From contig NW_021834405.1 in the NCBI RefSeq assembly GCF_006345805.1, forward strand, positions 5,663 to 69,662: a DNA stretch of 64,000 nucleotides, written 5' to 3'. This document shows, piece after piece, positions 1 through 12,992 of the stretch; position 1 is the first letter of the stretch, and each line of letters opens with the position of its first letter. Source of the DNA: Octopus sinensis. Taxonomy: Eukaryota. The notes under the pieces are model-generated. The model saw nothing but the letters and a program-made list of their open reading frames with translations. It searched no databases and was not told the DNA's origin. The position numbers and the translations under genes are program-made.

Positions 1-1041
1 CTGAAATGAAAGTAACTTATGGTGATGATGCCCCATCATATGACTTGTAAAATGCTGGCATCGTGAATTCAGACATGGTCGAACTCTGTGGAAACAGCTC
101 CCAGATCTGGTCGCCCCACTTCTGCCATTGATGAGGTATCTGTCCGTCAAGTTGAGGCTGCCATTTTGGAAGATCGACGCATAACTATTCGCCAAATAGT
201 CTATGAGGTCAAGATTAGTACTGGGTCTGTGGAAACTATCATTCATGACTATTTGCATATGTAAAGGGTGTCTGCCAGATAGATTTCCAGGTTCCAGTTG
301 CTCACACCTTTCCAGAAGCAAGAACGGCGTCGAGTGCTCGAGGATGAATTTTGAGATGTGCCAAGAAGAGGTCAAACTTTTTCAAAAGACTGATTACACA
401 GGATGAAACCTGGTCCATCACTATGATCCAGACCAAAACCCAGTCAATGCAATGAAGCACCGGTGACTCACCTCCTCCAAAGAAGGCAGTGTTCAGCCCT
501 CCACTGGCAAGATCATACTCACAACTTCTGGGACCAGACGAGTAATGATACAGATTTCCTGGCAAAGGGTACCACAATTACAGGAGCCTAGTTATGCTTC
601 ACTTTTGAGGAAATTAAGAGAAGCTATCAAAATCAGAGGCGGGGCAAGATCAGCAAAGGTATCCTCCTCCTGGAGGACACGCTCCGGTCCACAACTCGCG
701 TGTCCGCAGATCAGAAGCACAGGCGTGCGTCTTGAACTCCTCCCCCATCCCCCTACTCTCCTGACCTTGCACCCTCTGATTTTCATCTCTTCCCAGCCAT
801 GAATTTGTTTTTGAAAGAAAGCGTTTCCCAGATGATGCAGCCTGATTTCTGAAGTTACGTCGTGCTTGGAGGACCAAGCTGGGGTCTTCTACAAAAACGG
901 TCTCCAGAGCTGCATCAAACGATGGGAGAAATGCGTAACTCTGGGTGGTTCCTATGTAGAAAAAGACTAAAACTGCGCCAAGTTTCGTTGCTCTACTGCT
1001 ATGGGAAGTGGGTCAGGGGCATTACTTATTGAACGCCCCTC

Positions 1042-1042
<1 letters not shown>
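1..1042 (+). mobile_element. Mariner (DD34D-type) transposon relic, transposase pseudogene plus right TIR; 5' part lies outside the window
   Basis: Frameshifted translation gives mariner motifs: TAPRSGRPT, LEDRRITIRQI, LITQDETW.HHYDP, GTTITG.SYASLLRKLREAIK, ELLPHPP.SPDLAPSDFHLFP, RWEKCVTLGGSYVEKD* (stop about 970). Terminal GCATTACTTATTGAACGCCCCTCG (1019-1042) is the reverse complement of a mariner-like TIR and is followed by (TA)n. Confidence 0.92.
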
Positions 1043-1084
<42 letters not shown>

Positions 1085-1099
1085 ATATATAATATATAA

Positions 1100-1295
1100 T
1101 CTTTTACTTGTTCAATCATTGTACTGCGGCCATGCTGGGGCACTGCCTTGACCTTGAAAGCTTTAGTCGAACAAAAAGACCCAAGTACTCATTTCTAAGT
1201 CTGGCACTTATTCTATTGGTCACTCCTTTAACGGGGACATAACCAAACTAACAGCAGTTGCCAAAGAGTGTATGGAGGACAAACAAGAAGACACA
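1100..1295 (-). mobile_element. SINE family A, diverged 3' half
   Basis: CTTTTACTTGTTCAATCATTGTACTGCGGCCATGCTGGGGCACTGCC is the reverse complement of the SINE-A tail seen at 26625-26687. Confidence 0.7.
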
Positions 1296-1322
1296 CACAC
1301 ACATCTCTCTCTCTCCTCTCTT

Positions 1323-1389
<67 letters not shown>

Positions 1390-1432
1390 TTCTCTCTCTC
1401 TATCTCATACATACATACATACATACATACAT

Positions 1433-1479
<47 letters not shown>

Positions 1480-1480
<1 letters not shown>

Positions 1481-2040
1481 TTGTATGTGTAAAGTAACAG
1501 TTTAGAAAAAAAACAATTGGTTTTTTTTTTCTCATATCAAGTGTATAGTAGACATCTTTTCAGTTTCTCTAAACGATAACTGTTCTCTGCAAAGAAGGTT
1601 TTTTTTAAAGACAAGAACGCCGGTCACAGTTCAAGAAATATTCCTGTTAAAAAATACTCCTGTTAAAAAATTATTGCCGGGTGAGTTGTATTCTTTTGCT
1701 TGATAGCTAGGTTTTCCAATTTTGAAGTAAAAATTTCCAAAAATGTGGACCACTCCCCACGGCTTCTTTCCTGGAGTTCAGGTAGCCTCCTGGCTCATGT
1801 GAGTTCATAAGGATTATATATTTTTACTTCAAAATTGGAAAACCTAGCTATCAAGCGAAAGAAGACAACTCACCCGGCCACTGTTTTTTTAAGAGGAATA
1901 CTTCTTGAACTGTCACCGGCATTAAAAAAAAACATTCTCTGCAGGGAACAATCGTTTAGAGAAACTGAAGATATGTCTAGTTCACGCTAGATACGAAACG
2001 AATGGTATTTTTTTCTAAACTATTACTTTACACAGGCAAA
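1480..2040. mobile_element. Foldback/MITE-like element with about 250-bp imperfect inverted arms
   Basis: 1480-1734 is the imperfect reverse complement of about 1820-2040, e.g. GCTTGATAGCTAGGTTTTCCAATTTTGAAGTAAAAAT vs ATTTTTACTTCAAAATTGGAAAACCTAGCTATCAAGC. Spacer about 85 bp. Confidence 0.8.
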
Positions 2041-2113
2041 AATAAACAACTGCTCTATATTTTATAAGGTAGGCTCTTCTCCTGATTTATGAACGCTCAG
2101 AGATTTATTATTG

Positions 2114-2157
<44 letters not shown>

Positions 2158-2164
2158 GTATATA

Positions 2165-2357
2165 CGCCATGACAGATCGTTAGCCACTACACACATTTTT
2201 TTCTCTCCTTGTTTCTCTCCTTGTTTTTTCTGTGTCCCTTTCTGTAGAAGAGCGTAGGCTCGAAACGTAAAAGACTTTTTCTATTCCTGAGCGTTATACT
2301 AATACATCTTTGTTTTGTGCACCACCGGTCTTCGTCTTTTGTTTGTTTCGTAAACCT
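2165..2357 (+). repeat. Short (TA)n-embedded repeat family D with minimal hammerhead-like motif (Penelope-type terminal repeat-like)
   Basis: Near-identical copies at 12823-12995 (-) and 26054-26240 (+). Contains CTTT-CTGTAGA-A-GAGC-GTAG-GCTC-GAAAC-GTA-AAAG at 2238-2273. Confidence 0.75.
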
Positions 2358-2984
2358 ATATATATATACATATACATTTACACACACAAAATAGTTAGTT
2401 GTAAAATCTCAAGAAAAGATCAGAGTGGTAACTATACTAACAAGTAAAGTTAATCGCCACATCAAAGTGGATGTTCCATGTTACTATTCGTTTAACCTCA
2501 GGCAGATCTTCCGCCAGCTGGTTATCGGTGCTGCACTGCATTCCATATATTGCTACAGGGGCGGGGAACCTCTACCATCCTGTAACAGACAACAGGATCG
2601 CGAGACTGAATCAGTTTCCAGCTGGTTGGCTCATCCTAACATTTTCGTGACCTTCTCACGCGAGTGTCATGTGATCATAATACGTGAACGTTGATTGATA
2701 AATTCGTACATTAACGGATAGAGTTCTGGGCCACATTTCTTTATAGCAACAAGAATAGACATAATTCGTGAAACAACACTTTACTCTATACATTTTGGGA
2801 AATCTATTGGGAAACCGTCAAATGTATTCTTATATTTTAAAAAATTGTGAAATTCTAAGGAATTCTAATTTATTCTGTGTGCATGTATGCATGTTCAACT
2901 TTATTCCTTCTATTCATCTACTCGTTTAGATTTATAACAAGTTATATATATATATATACATAAGGGAAGAATTCATTGTGTGAC

Positions 2985-4060
2985 GACCCCTGTTTTGAGA
3001 GGGTATAACCAAGGTAATATATTTTTCCAAAACAAAAGTGTAAAAATATGCGGTTGTATCCTAAGATATGGGTATTGGCGCATGGTAGACTTTATTATTA
3101 CTCGTACTTGTGACCAACAAGATATTGTACTGTTATGGCCATGAGAGGCATGAGTACATGAGTACATTGCCTTATGGAGGCCTCTTTTAAAATCGACCTC
3201 AAAGTCAAAATTAAGCCTTCAGTCACTCGTCCTCGCAAGCGTATAAAAAGCATCTAAACTTAGAGAGTCTGTTACATAAAGGTAGGTTGAGAAAAGACTC
3301 AACAATTGCTAGCCCCTAATAACGTTTACTTAGTCTCTAAATTTAATCCCTTTGTTACCTCTATTGAAATCCTTAAACGCGAAGAAAGAAAACAAGACAG
3401 GTTTGATAATAGCTTGTACCATTTCAGCTCTTTTATACACATGTTCAGTATGGGTAGTCATCCACAAATCTTGCAGAGTTTCCACTAATACTACTTACGC
3501 AGACTTTTGAATAAAAATTGGACATCCATTACATCAAACAAATCTTTTGGGAACGTCACATTCCAAGCATAGAAAGTATTTTTCTTATGTATCGTCTTCG
3601 ATGGTGCAGATGCTTTGTTAGAATGGCTGATCATCGCACCTAAAAACAAATATTTTACGTTCAAATTTTTGGGTCATACAGCACATTCTACTATGAAACA
3701 CCTCTAGGACTTGAGCGCGAATCATGCACTTCGTTGTAACACTGAAAAAAATTCGTAATCTAAACAAGTTATGATGGCAAATGATTGGGAAAAATGCGCA
3801 ATTGCTCTCAAGAGAACATCAAAGCTGCACCAACAGAGGTGCCAAATCCTACAAACAGGACAATATTGCAGGGGCACAAAGGGAACACGAACTGTGCAAG
3901 TCCAAAGCCTGCTTCTCGCCTTCAGTCCAAGCAGACCACTAAGGCTCGAGTTTACTGAACACACATCGGACTAAATGGCCACAACTGGACACACCATGCT
4001 CCGTTTTTTTTCCTCCCATATGATGTGCTACGTCATCTTCGACAACGACGAACGAACAAC
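2985..4060 (+). mobile_element. Highly degenerate, internally deleted RTE-clade LINE (end of AP endonuclease joined to C-terminus/3' end)
   Basis: YGYWRMVDFIITRTCDQQDI and ERKQDRFDNS resemble the RTE APE end and linker (HWHLIDYII.R..D, KHQDWFDEN). NDWEKCA, RGAKSYKQDNIAGAQREHELCKSK, HIGLNGHNWTH and GTCATCTTCGACAACGACGAACGAAC resemble the RTE C-terminus and 3' end. Confidence 0.65.
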
Positions 4061-4079
4061 GGATGTGTGCGTATGCGTA

Positions 4080-4136
<57 letters not shown>

Positions 4137-5475
4137 TCATTTGATATTTCACTTACACTATATCAAAAGTGATATTTACGTTTAAAAATTTGTCACATGA
4201 GAAATGTTTCATTATTTCCCCTAAGTACGTTGCCTAAAACAAAAATTATAAATCATGACAGGGTTTGGACCAGATAAGGGACTTTATGTTTTCGATGTGC
4301 GCGTGTTTGTATATTTGTGAGCGTATGTATATAAGCGTGTGTGTATTTTTTTGTTTAAATGTACACAACTCGGTCTTTTAGAATGTATATGTGTATTTAA
4401 ACCTGCATGTGCTACTGAATAGCTTGAGCTTTTGTGTGTAGTTTTATACAGCTAACGCTTCTTTGTGTATGCATGCATATATGTATGTATTGTATGTTTG
4501 TATGTGTATCTATGTTTGTATGTATGTATGTTTGTTTGTATGTATACGTACGTAAAAGACGATATACAGCCGTGTGTAAAATAAATAGATAGGATAATTG
4601 ATAGATAAATAGATAAATAGATAAATAGATAAATAAATGAATGTAATAGAGAGATATAAGGATTAGCACCAGAGCGGAGCATTCACCATCTGTTGCTAAA
4701 CGACGGCTTCCAAGATTTGAAACAACTACTTGTGGGTCATTTTGCCATCCTGCGCCAACGTTGCTTCTTTTTCTTCTCACCACCTTCGCCCGCCCGCCTG
4801 CCCCCCGCTCTCTGTCTCTTTCTCTCGCTGTTTTTCTTCCTTTTCTCCCTCTTCCTTCTTTACTGAACGCCCTGTAAAGAAATATTAGTTCAAGGAAGAA
4901 GAGTAATGGATTCAATCTATTATATTCTACATATATTTATTACACTTAATGCCCTCATCAGACTGAGCTTCATCGAGTGTAGAGCAGTATCTGGTCTACA
5001 TCTGTTGCAAACACATATTTGTTGTTGTTTCATTTTTTTTATTTATAATTTATTATTTGTTTTCTATTTACTTTCTCGATCTCTCACTGCGTTTCGTATT
5101 CCTCGCTTTTTTTCTTTTTGTTTTATTTTTACAGTAATCTTAAAATACTTCTCTAAAAATAATGAGTTCTTAATTAGGCATGAAGGCATGCGATTAAGAA
5201 GATGTTTAGAAGAGAGAGAGAGAGAGGTGGGAGAGAGAGAGAGAGGGAGAGCGCGCGAATGAAATAGATGTTTGTGACATTCGTTTCTCACAGTACATGG
5301 ACACCAACATGAGCAAACGAGGTAATCTCTTGGTGGTCGGTTTTCACGTTAGAAATAGTTGCTAAATCTCTCTTTTATCGTATCATTTTGAGTAGGTCGC
5401 AATTGCCAGGAGGCATTTGTTTACTTTCCACTGAAAGGGAATCATAATTTTCAGAACTCAAGAATTAATCGCACC

Positions 5476-5512
<37 letters not shown>

Positions 5513-5799
5513 CACACACACACACACACACGCACACACGTATATATCATACTTCATTTATATGTGTTTTTGATTTTTGAGTTTTTGAAATTGAAAACAC
5601 TGACTTCAAAACCAGAAGTCATCGCTGGCAGAAAGACACACAAAGAAAGAAAAAGAAAATAAACGATGTAGTGTTGTAGCTATTTTGTAGGCAATTAATA
5701 GTTTAAATAGTTCAAATAGTTTCAATAAGGAATAAAAACCAGACTTATTCTTGAGTGATTATTATAACAATATCAGAAATGCACACACGTGTTTGTGTG

Positions 5800-6027
5800 T
5801 CTGTGTGTGTATGTGTTTGTGTGTGTGTGTTTGTCCCCCTAGCATTGCTTGACAACCGATGCTGGTGTGTTTACGTCCCCGTCACTTAGCGGTTCGGCAA
5901 AAAGAGACTGATAGAATAAGTACTGGGCTTACAAAGAATAAGTCCCGGGGTCGATTTGCTCGACTAAAGTCAGTGCTCCAACATGGCCGCAGTCAAATGA
6001 CTGAAACAAGTAAAAGAGTAAAGAGTA
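5800..6027 (+). mobile_element. SINE family A, 3' half
   Basis: Matches 26480-26687, ending in GACTGAAACAAGTAAAAGAGTAAAGAGTA. Confidence 0.88.
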
Positions 6028-6204
6028 CAAGTTTAAATTTGCTGGAAATAGCGGTAAAATATTTACTAAATAACATCCCCTTCTATCTTGTTAAATTGAT
6101 GTTACAGTTCCAGAAATCTCTGCCTGAGAAAAAATGGTAAATTGGTTATAGATGATAGATTGATAGATTCGTTGATCAAGCTTGGGTCGAAACAGCAACA
6201 ACAA

Positions 6205-6565
6205 GTGGAGGCGCAATGGCCCAGTGGTTAGGGCAGCAGACTCGCGGTAGGAGGATCGCGGTTACGATTAGCAGACCGGGCGTTGTGTGTGTTTATTGAG
6301 GGAAACACCTAAAGCTCCACGAGGCTCTGGTAGGGGGTGGTTGCGATCCCTGTTGTACTCTTTCGCCCCAACTTTCTCTCACTCTTTCTTCCTGTTTCTT
6401 GTCCCCGACTTCCTACGCAACCACTGAGCTTGGATGCGCATTCATCCATCCGTCCATGCTCTCGGTGTCGGGGGTTGACCTGCTTTCTCTTCTGCGAGTC
6501 TTACGAATAGCAAAGGACCACGTTTCGGACTTCTCTCACTACAGAAGACCGCTTTGCTCAACAGC
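6205..6565 (+). mobile_element. SINE family C (tRNA-derived head), tail type C1
   Basis: A-box TGGCCCAGTGG and a degenerate B-box; flanked by direct repeat AACAGCAACAACAA (6191-6204 / 6566-6579); homologous to 37670-38012. Confidence 0.88.
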
Positions 6566-8087
6566 AACAGCAACAACAAAGACGACGACAGAAACACCTT
6601 CAACTTCCAGAATTGGTCCAAAATCACACATTTGTAGAAAGGTGGAACAATTGATTGAACCTACACCAGCATATAGCTGGTATAAATTCTGTATTGACTC
6701 TAGATAAACGTCGAGAAATCAACACTATAACGGCTGAGCTCGGCTCGTAGAAGAGGAACGGAAAAAAAAATCCTTCAAAATAACATTGATACCGGTTCTC
6801 TGGAGTTTCTGCTTTTCTAGATATATCATTGGCTTCTTTTAAACCAGAGATGAGAGTGCTTTATTTGTAGAATAACAGAAAAATAGTTGTTTAACAGGCT
6901 TTCATGTCTTCTCCTAAGGACAATGTTAGAGTGCATCAGATGAAATAGCTGACCGAAAGCTACCCAGCAACTACAACTGAATAATTAAATATATGTCCAA
7001 CATGTTTAGGTTATCTTCTGCAGTTTGCTCACAAGCGATTACTTGTGTCCCTTGCAGTGAACTACTGAGCCAACAATAAGCCTTGAAAAAAATTAGCAGA
7101 TTAAATAGGTGAGTATAAAACTGATACTTTATTTAGCGATCCGGAAAGGCAAAGTTGATTTCGGTGAGATTTGCAAGAATGTAAGAAACCCGAACAAATT
7201 TCTGCAAGGCAGTTTTCTGCCATCCGCCGTCCTATGTTAAATATAGTATTCACAAATCAGTGAGCATAAGAATAGTAAGAAGGAGGAGATGGTGAGAGAT
7301 GGTGAATAATAATTCACTCATATGACACATGCACGAAAACCAAATCTCCTAAAATTTCGTCTTCCTACTCTATCAAGAATTAATAAGGAAAGTTCGTTTA
7401 TTAAAAAATACCAGCCACTACTGAACAGGCTATAAAAACATGAGTAATACACGATTTGCCTCTTCCTATTAATTAATTATTGTAGAATGTATACTTGGGC
7501 TCGTTCTATAGAAAGTCAAAATTAATGTAGCAGCTATCATCTATCTTATTTACTCTACATCTCGTTATCTTACTCTTTAGGGGGATTTCAACAAAGCTAC
7601 AAGAGAGAAGGCATATTTTTGATTGTTGCTAGTGTTTAATCCCAGGTGGTCACTGATTGAGCAGATCTCGGATCAAAGATTTTCCAGTGATGATCAGCTG
7701 TATCGTATCTACGATTTCACAACACTCTATCTTACACCTTAAAAATGGAGAGTACTGCCCCTTGGTGGATGGAAGTGGAAAATTTCATGTAGGTACGAAA
7801 GAAAAGGACTGATAGTAATAAATGCAGCTTTTAGTTGCACTAAATTTTTTAAATGTTTTCAATTATTATTCTTAGTGAGAATCATCTACTAATACAGGTA
7901 GTCAAAATGTTGTTCGAAAATCATACTATGCTGATGAAATGACTTATGACTAAGTCATCATTTAATGGCGGTCAACGTATCGGCCAATATTTTGTATTGT
8001 ATTTAATTTTGTTGAACCGTAGCAAAAGAACGTTAAAAGTGTGTTAATAAAGAAGAGGAATAACAGTTAAAAAGTTTGAAAAGCATG

Positions 8088-8312
8088 GCGAGCTGGCAGA
8101 AACGTTAGCACGCCGGGCGAAATGCGTAGCCGTATTTCGTCTGCCATTACGTTCTGAGTTCAAATTCCGTCGAGGTCGACTTTGCTCTTCATCCTTTCGG
8201 GGTCGATAAATTAAGTACCAGTTACCCACTGGGGTCGATGTAATCGACTTAATCCGTTTGACTGTCCTTGTTTGTCCCCTCTGTGTTTAGCCCCTTGTGG
8301 GTAGTAAAGAAA
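8088..8312 (+). mobile_element. SINE family B (tRNA-like head, central GTCGACTTTGCCTTTCATCCTTTCGGGGTCGAT core), tail B1
   Basis: A-box-like AGCTGGCAGAA and B-box GAGTTCAAATTCC; more than 15 homologous copies in the window. The core resembles, from memory, the MetaSINE central domain. Confidence 0.9.
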
Positions 8313-8749
8313 CAGATATACAGGCTGTCCTTCGTTGGCTTGCCTATGTCAAGTTTTGTACAAACGTGTGCGTGTGCATGCATGCGCGCGCGCGCGCGCG
8401 CGTGTGTGTGTGTACATACATAGTAGTAATTATCTGAACCTCATTCTTTTTTCTTTTAATTTAGTCACCCTTGTAATTAATAATATTCACCTCCTGCTTG
8501 AGCAGATACTAAAGGTAGCCAAAGTATTTACAATTCATATAACGCGTTTAAATTTACAGAACAAACTGCTATATATTTAATGAACCAAGGTCAACATTTG
8601 AGCTCAGCAAGGAAACGAAACTAACAAGATTACTAGCATTTAGCCCGATGTCTCACACTTTGTACCGATTTGCTATTCCTTTAAAGTTTACAAACTTTAT
8701 GGTAGCAGATAGGGAATGAGATTGCATGGTAGATAGTCATGTCTTTCTC

Positions 8750-9268
8750 AGGCGTGGTTGTATGGTTAGAAGCTTGCTTCGCAACCACATGGTTCCGGGT
8801 TCAGTCCCACTATGTGGAACCTTGGTCCAGTGTCGTCAACTATAGTCTCGGGTTGACCAGAGCCTTGTGAGTGTCTGTGTTTGTCCCCACCATCGTTTGA
8901 CAAAGCCTTCTGAATGGATTTGGTAAACTGAAAGAAGCCGCTCGGAGGCGGCCGTATATCGTAGCAATTGCGACGACGCGACGAATGCACGGTGCCAAGT
9001 GGGCCACTTTTGGTAAGCAGAACTGGTGATGTGGGATGTGTGCGTGTATCTACGTGTGTGTATCTTTGTATCCGTGTCTGTTCCGCTATCACCGCTTGAC
9101 AACTGGTGCTGGTGTGTTTACGTTGCCGTAACTTAGCGGTTCGGCTAAAACGACTGACAGAATATGTACTAGGCTTTAAAAAGTCCTGGAGTCGATTTGT
9201 TCGACTAAAACCCTCCAAGGCGGTGCCGTTGCGTGGCCGCAGTCAAAATGACTGAAACAAGTAAAAGA
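8750..9268 (+). mobile_element. SINE family A, rearranged copy with an internal GC-rich insertion
   Basis: Head CCACATGGTTCCGGGTTCAGTCCCAC and tail GCAGTCAAAATGACTGAAACAAGTAAAAGA; extra sequence at about 8940-9035. Confidence 0.8.
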
Positions 9269-10007
9269 TCTACGCAAGATGATTGAATACGCTCCCAGTT
9301 GGAGTGGAAATCGATTCTTCAGCTCTGCAAAACAGTATTTTATCTAATCTCATCTTTTGTTCCTCACTCGCAGAGGAATGAAAGAATAACAATATCTGTT
9401 TTATTACAATATACAACACCAATGTAAATATAGTTCACATTTTTATGTTAATGACGAAAAAACAAGACAAATTTAGAGCTGTTACCGCATCCCCCAACAC
9501 ACCTAAAAGTTATGTACTTAACAACGTACATACGACACAGACATTTCACATGTAAATACCTAAATGTACCGACAAGCTTGTTACTTCGTTACTTACAAAA
9601 TATAGCACTTGGGTTTCCTTGTTAGCTAGGGTCAATTACATGCAAACATGACAGGCAGTAAGGAGCGAAAACTAACTCTACTGTTCGGGGGCTTCTTTTT
9701 TTTGAACGTGTGTTTGCAGATTGTTATTTTATTTAATTATTTATTCGTTTTCGTTTTACTAAAACTGTACTCGAGTGACACCAAACACGCCAGCTTTGTT
9801 AACCTATCTCGGTTTGCTGTTTTTGTCTGCTCCGGAACTGACTATGAGTCTATGTCTTGTGGAGTCGCGCGTGCAAGCTTGTGGGCACGAGCACACAAAT
9901 ACACGAACGCAAATAACCCACATACCTGGAGACGCGCGCTCTCACATTTGGGTGGACACATAGATAAATATATGTAAATATATTCAACTACCTATATTCA
10001 TAAGTGC

Positions 10008-10590
<583 letters not shown>

Positions 10591-10737
10591 ATTTGCGCAT
10601 GTGTGTCTGTATGCATTTGTGTACGTGTGTATGCGTGCGTGTGAACAACAAAAGGTATTACGGTCGCTGTTAATGCAACTACCGTAACATACTCGGCAAG
10701 GTGAATACAAAGAGAGAAAGAAAAAAACACCATGTAT

Positions 10738-10790
<53 letters not shown>

Positions 10791-11086
10791 TATCATGAAC
10801 TCAAAGACCCCAATATACATAAATATTACGTTAGGTGCAATACGTGCGATGTCTCTCTTGTTTTGCTCTATATATATCTGTGTGTGTGTATGTGTGTATG
10901 TGTGTATTTTTTAATCGGCAGAAGTTACAGACATTACTGAAGGACCGTGAGTGTCGTACGTTGGCACTAACCGAACTGGTTTCAAATTGGCGGGCTTACA
11001 TTTACCGTCAAAATATTACCATATATACATATACATCATAGACATATAATATAATTATATATATAGTGTATATTTACATATATACA

Positions 11087-11170
<84 letters not shown>

Positions 11171-11306
11171 TCAAAATAAGCAACAAGGATATCCAACGTA
11201 GAGCTCGACATTTTAAAACTGATGTAATACTTAAGGTGTTTAATAAAATGAAGTAGCATGAAACAATTGTACTACACTACCTTGGATATCCTTGTTGGTA
11301 TTATTT

Positions 11307-11309
<3 letters not shown>
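11171..11309. mobile_element. 139-bp MITE-like element with about 32-bp TIRs inside (TA)n
   Basis: Left TCAAAATAAGCAACAAGGATATCCAACGTAG vs reverse complement of right end TCAAAATAATACCAACAAGGATATCCAAGGTAG; TA tracts on both sides. Confidence 0.75.
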
Positions 11310-11356
<47 letters not shown>

Positions 11357-11958
11357 TCGTGCAAAGATAAGCAGATTAAGAGATAAGATGGACATGTTCA
11401 TAGAAAGGAAATATAGATAAGATTTGAAATTATGTGGACAACTAATTAGAAAGAATGTAAAAAATTATGAAAAAGACCGCCACTAGAATTATGGTTTGTT
11501 ATGAGCTTAATTAGAATTGAAATGAAATAAAATCATTAATGAAGAGAAAAGATTTGTTATGCAAGGAAAAAAACTATGCAATAAATACTAAAATGCTGAC
11601 GACATTTCATATAAAATATGGAATCATTGGGGACAAAACACGAAATTGTGTAATTAGTAATTTTCTCTTTGAGACCTCCAGATGAATTTGGTGAATGCTC
11701 GAAACTTTCTTTTTATAATTAGATGAATGTATATATAGCTATTACCTCGCATTGTTTTGACTTTTAAGATGAAGTTACCCCACTGGCTGGGTGGGCAGGC
11801 CATTTATTACCTCTTTAGTTTAGCTAGCAGCCAACGTGCTCGCTTCCGCAAAGTAGTCCTTTTGTAGCTTGGTTGACAAGATATACAGCCCGATACCATA
11901 GCCATGGAACAACCAATGCAACTGCTGTACAACTATGAGGTACTGTTGTAGGTCTCCG

Positions 11959-11996
<38 letters not shown>

Positions 11997-11997
<1 letters not shown>

Positions 11998-12660
11998 TCC
12001 AGCGTGTTTCGAAGGTGAGGACAGAACACGACTCGTCGAACTAGTCCTTCCTGCGAAAGAATTAAATAAAATTCCTTTGCAGAGGGGTAAAAACAAGGAA
12101 AAAAATGTGACAAAAACAGGACGTAAAAACAATACAATTAAACACAAATACAAAATAAAAATACAATTACAAAAAATTCAAGTAAACATGTTTCTTCCTG
12201 CGCTCGTGAAAAACTTTTTTCCTCGTCTAGGCTTATAGGCCTTCATTGTTTGTTTTCCTGTCCTGTTTTTATTCCTTCTTGTACTGAATTTTTTGTAATT
12301 GTATTTTTATTTTGTATTTGTGTTTAATTGTATTGTTTTTACGTCCTGTTTTTGTCACATTTTTTTCCTTGTTTTTACCCCTCTGCAAAGGAATTTTATT
12401 TAATTCTTTCGCAGGAAGGATTAGTTCGACGAGTCGTGTTCTGTCCTCACCTTCGAAACACGCTGGATTTGAACTAGGGACAGCTGATGAAGGGGATTTT
12501 CCTTGTGTAGTTGTCTTGTACTCTGGTTTTTCGTTGTTGAAAAAAATTGTCCGTTCCATGCTTGTTTTTACTTTTTCGTTTCTCGTTGAGTTCTACGTCT
12601 ATTTGTGGTGTCCTGTACTCACGTATATATATTTATATATGCATGTATATATACATGTAG
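11997..12660. mobile_element. Repeat with a 184-bp near-perfect inverted duplication (Penelope-like inverted terminus or foldback)
   Basis: 11997-12180 is the reverse complement of 12285-12468 with one mismatch by eye; 104-bp spacer; the right arm continues into unique sequence containing CTGATGAAGG. Confidence 0.6.
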
Positions 12661-12822
12661 ATGTAGGTACGTATATATATGTTTGTATGTATGCATATAT
12701 TTTATTTATTACACTATTGTATGACTGAGCGCCCTCGCGTCGATTCGATTCAATTCGTTTCGTTTCGTTTCGTTTCTTCTTCTTCTCTAAGCTGGTTTAT
12801 ATATATATATATATATATATAT

Positions 12823-12992
12823 AGGGAGATTTTACGAAAAAAACAAAAGACGAAGACAGGTGGTGTAGAAAACAAACAGATGTATTAGTATAATGTCCAG
12901 GAATAGAAAAACTCTTTTACGTTTCGAGCCTACGCTCTTCTGCAGAAAGGGACGCAGAAAAAACAAGGAGAGAGAAAAAATGTGTGTAGTGG

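Noticed and set aside
8390-8412. (CG)n run with Z-DNA potential (also about 32468-32485)
   Set aside because: A common by-product of CA/GT microsatellite mutation; nothing indicates function.
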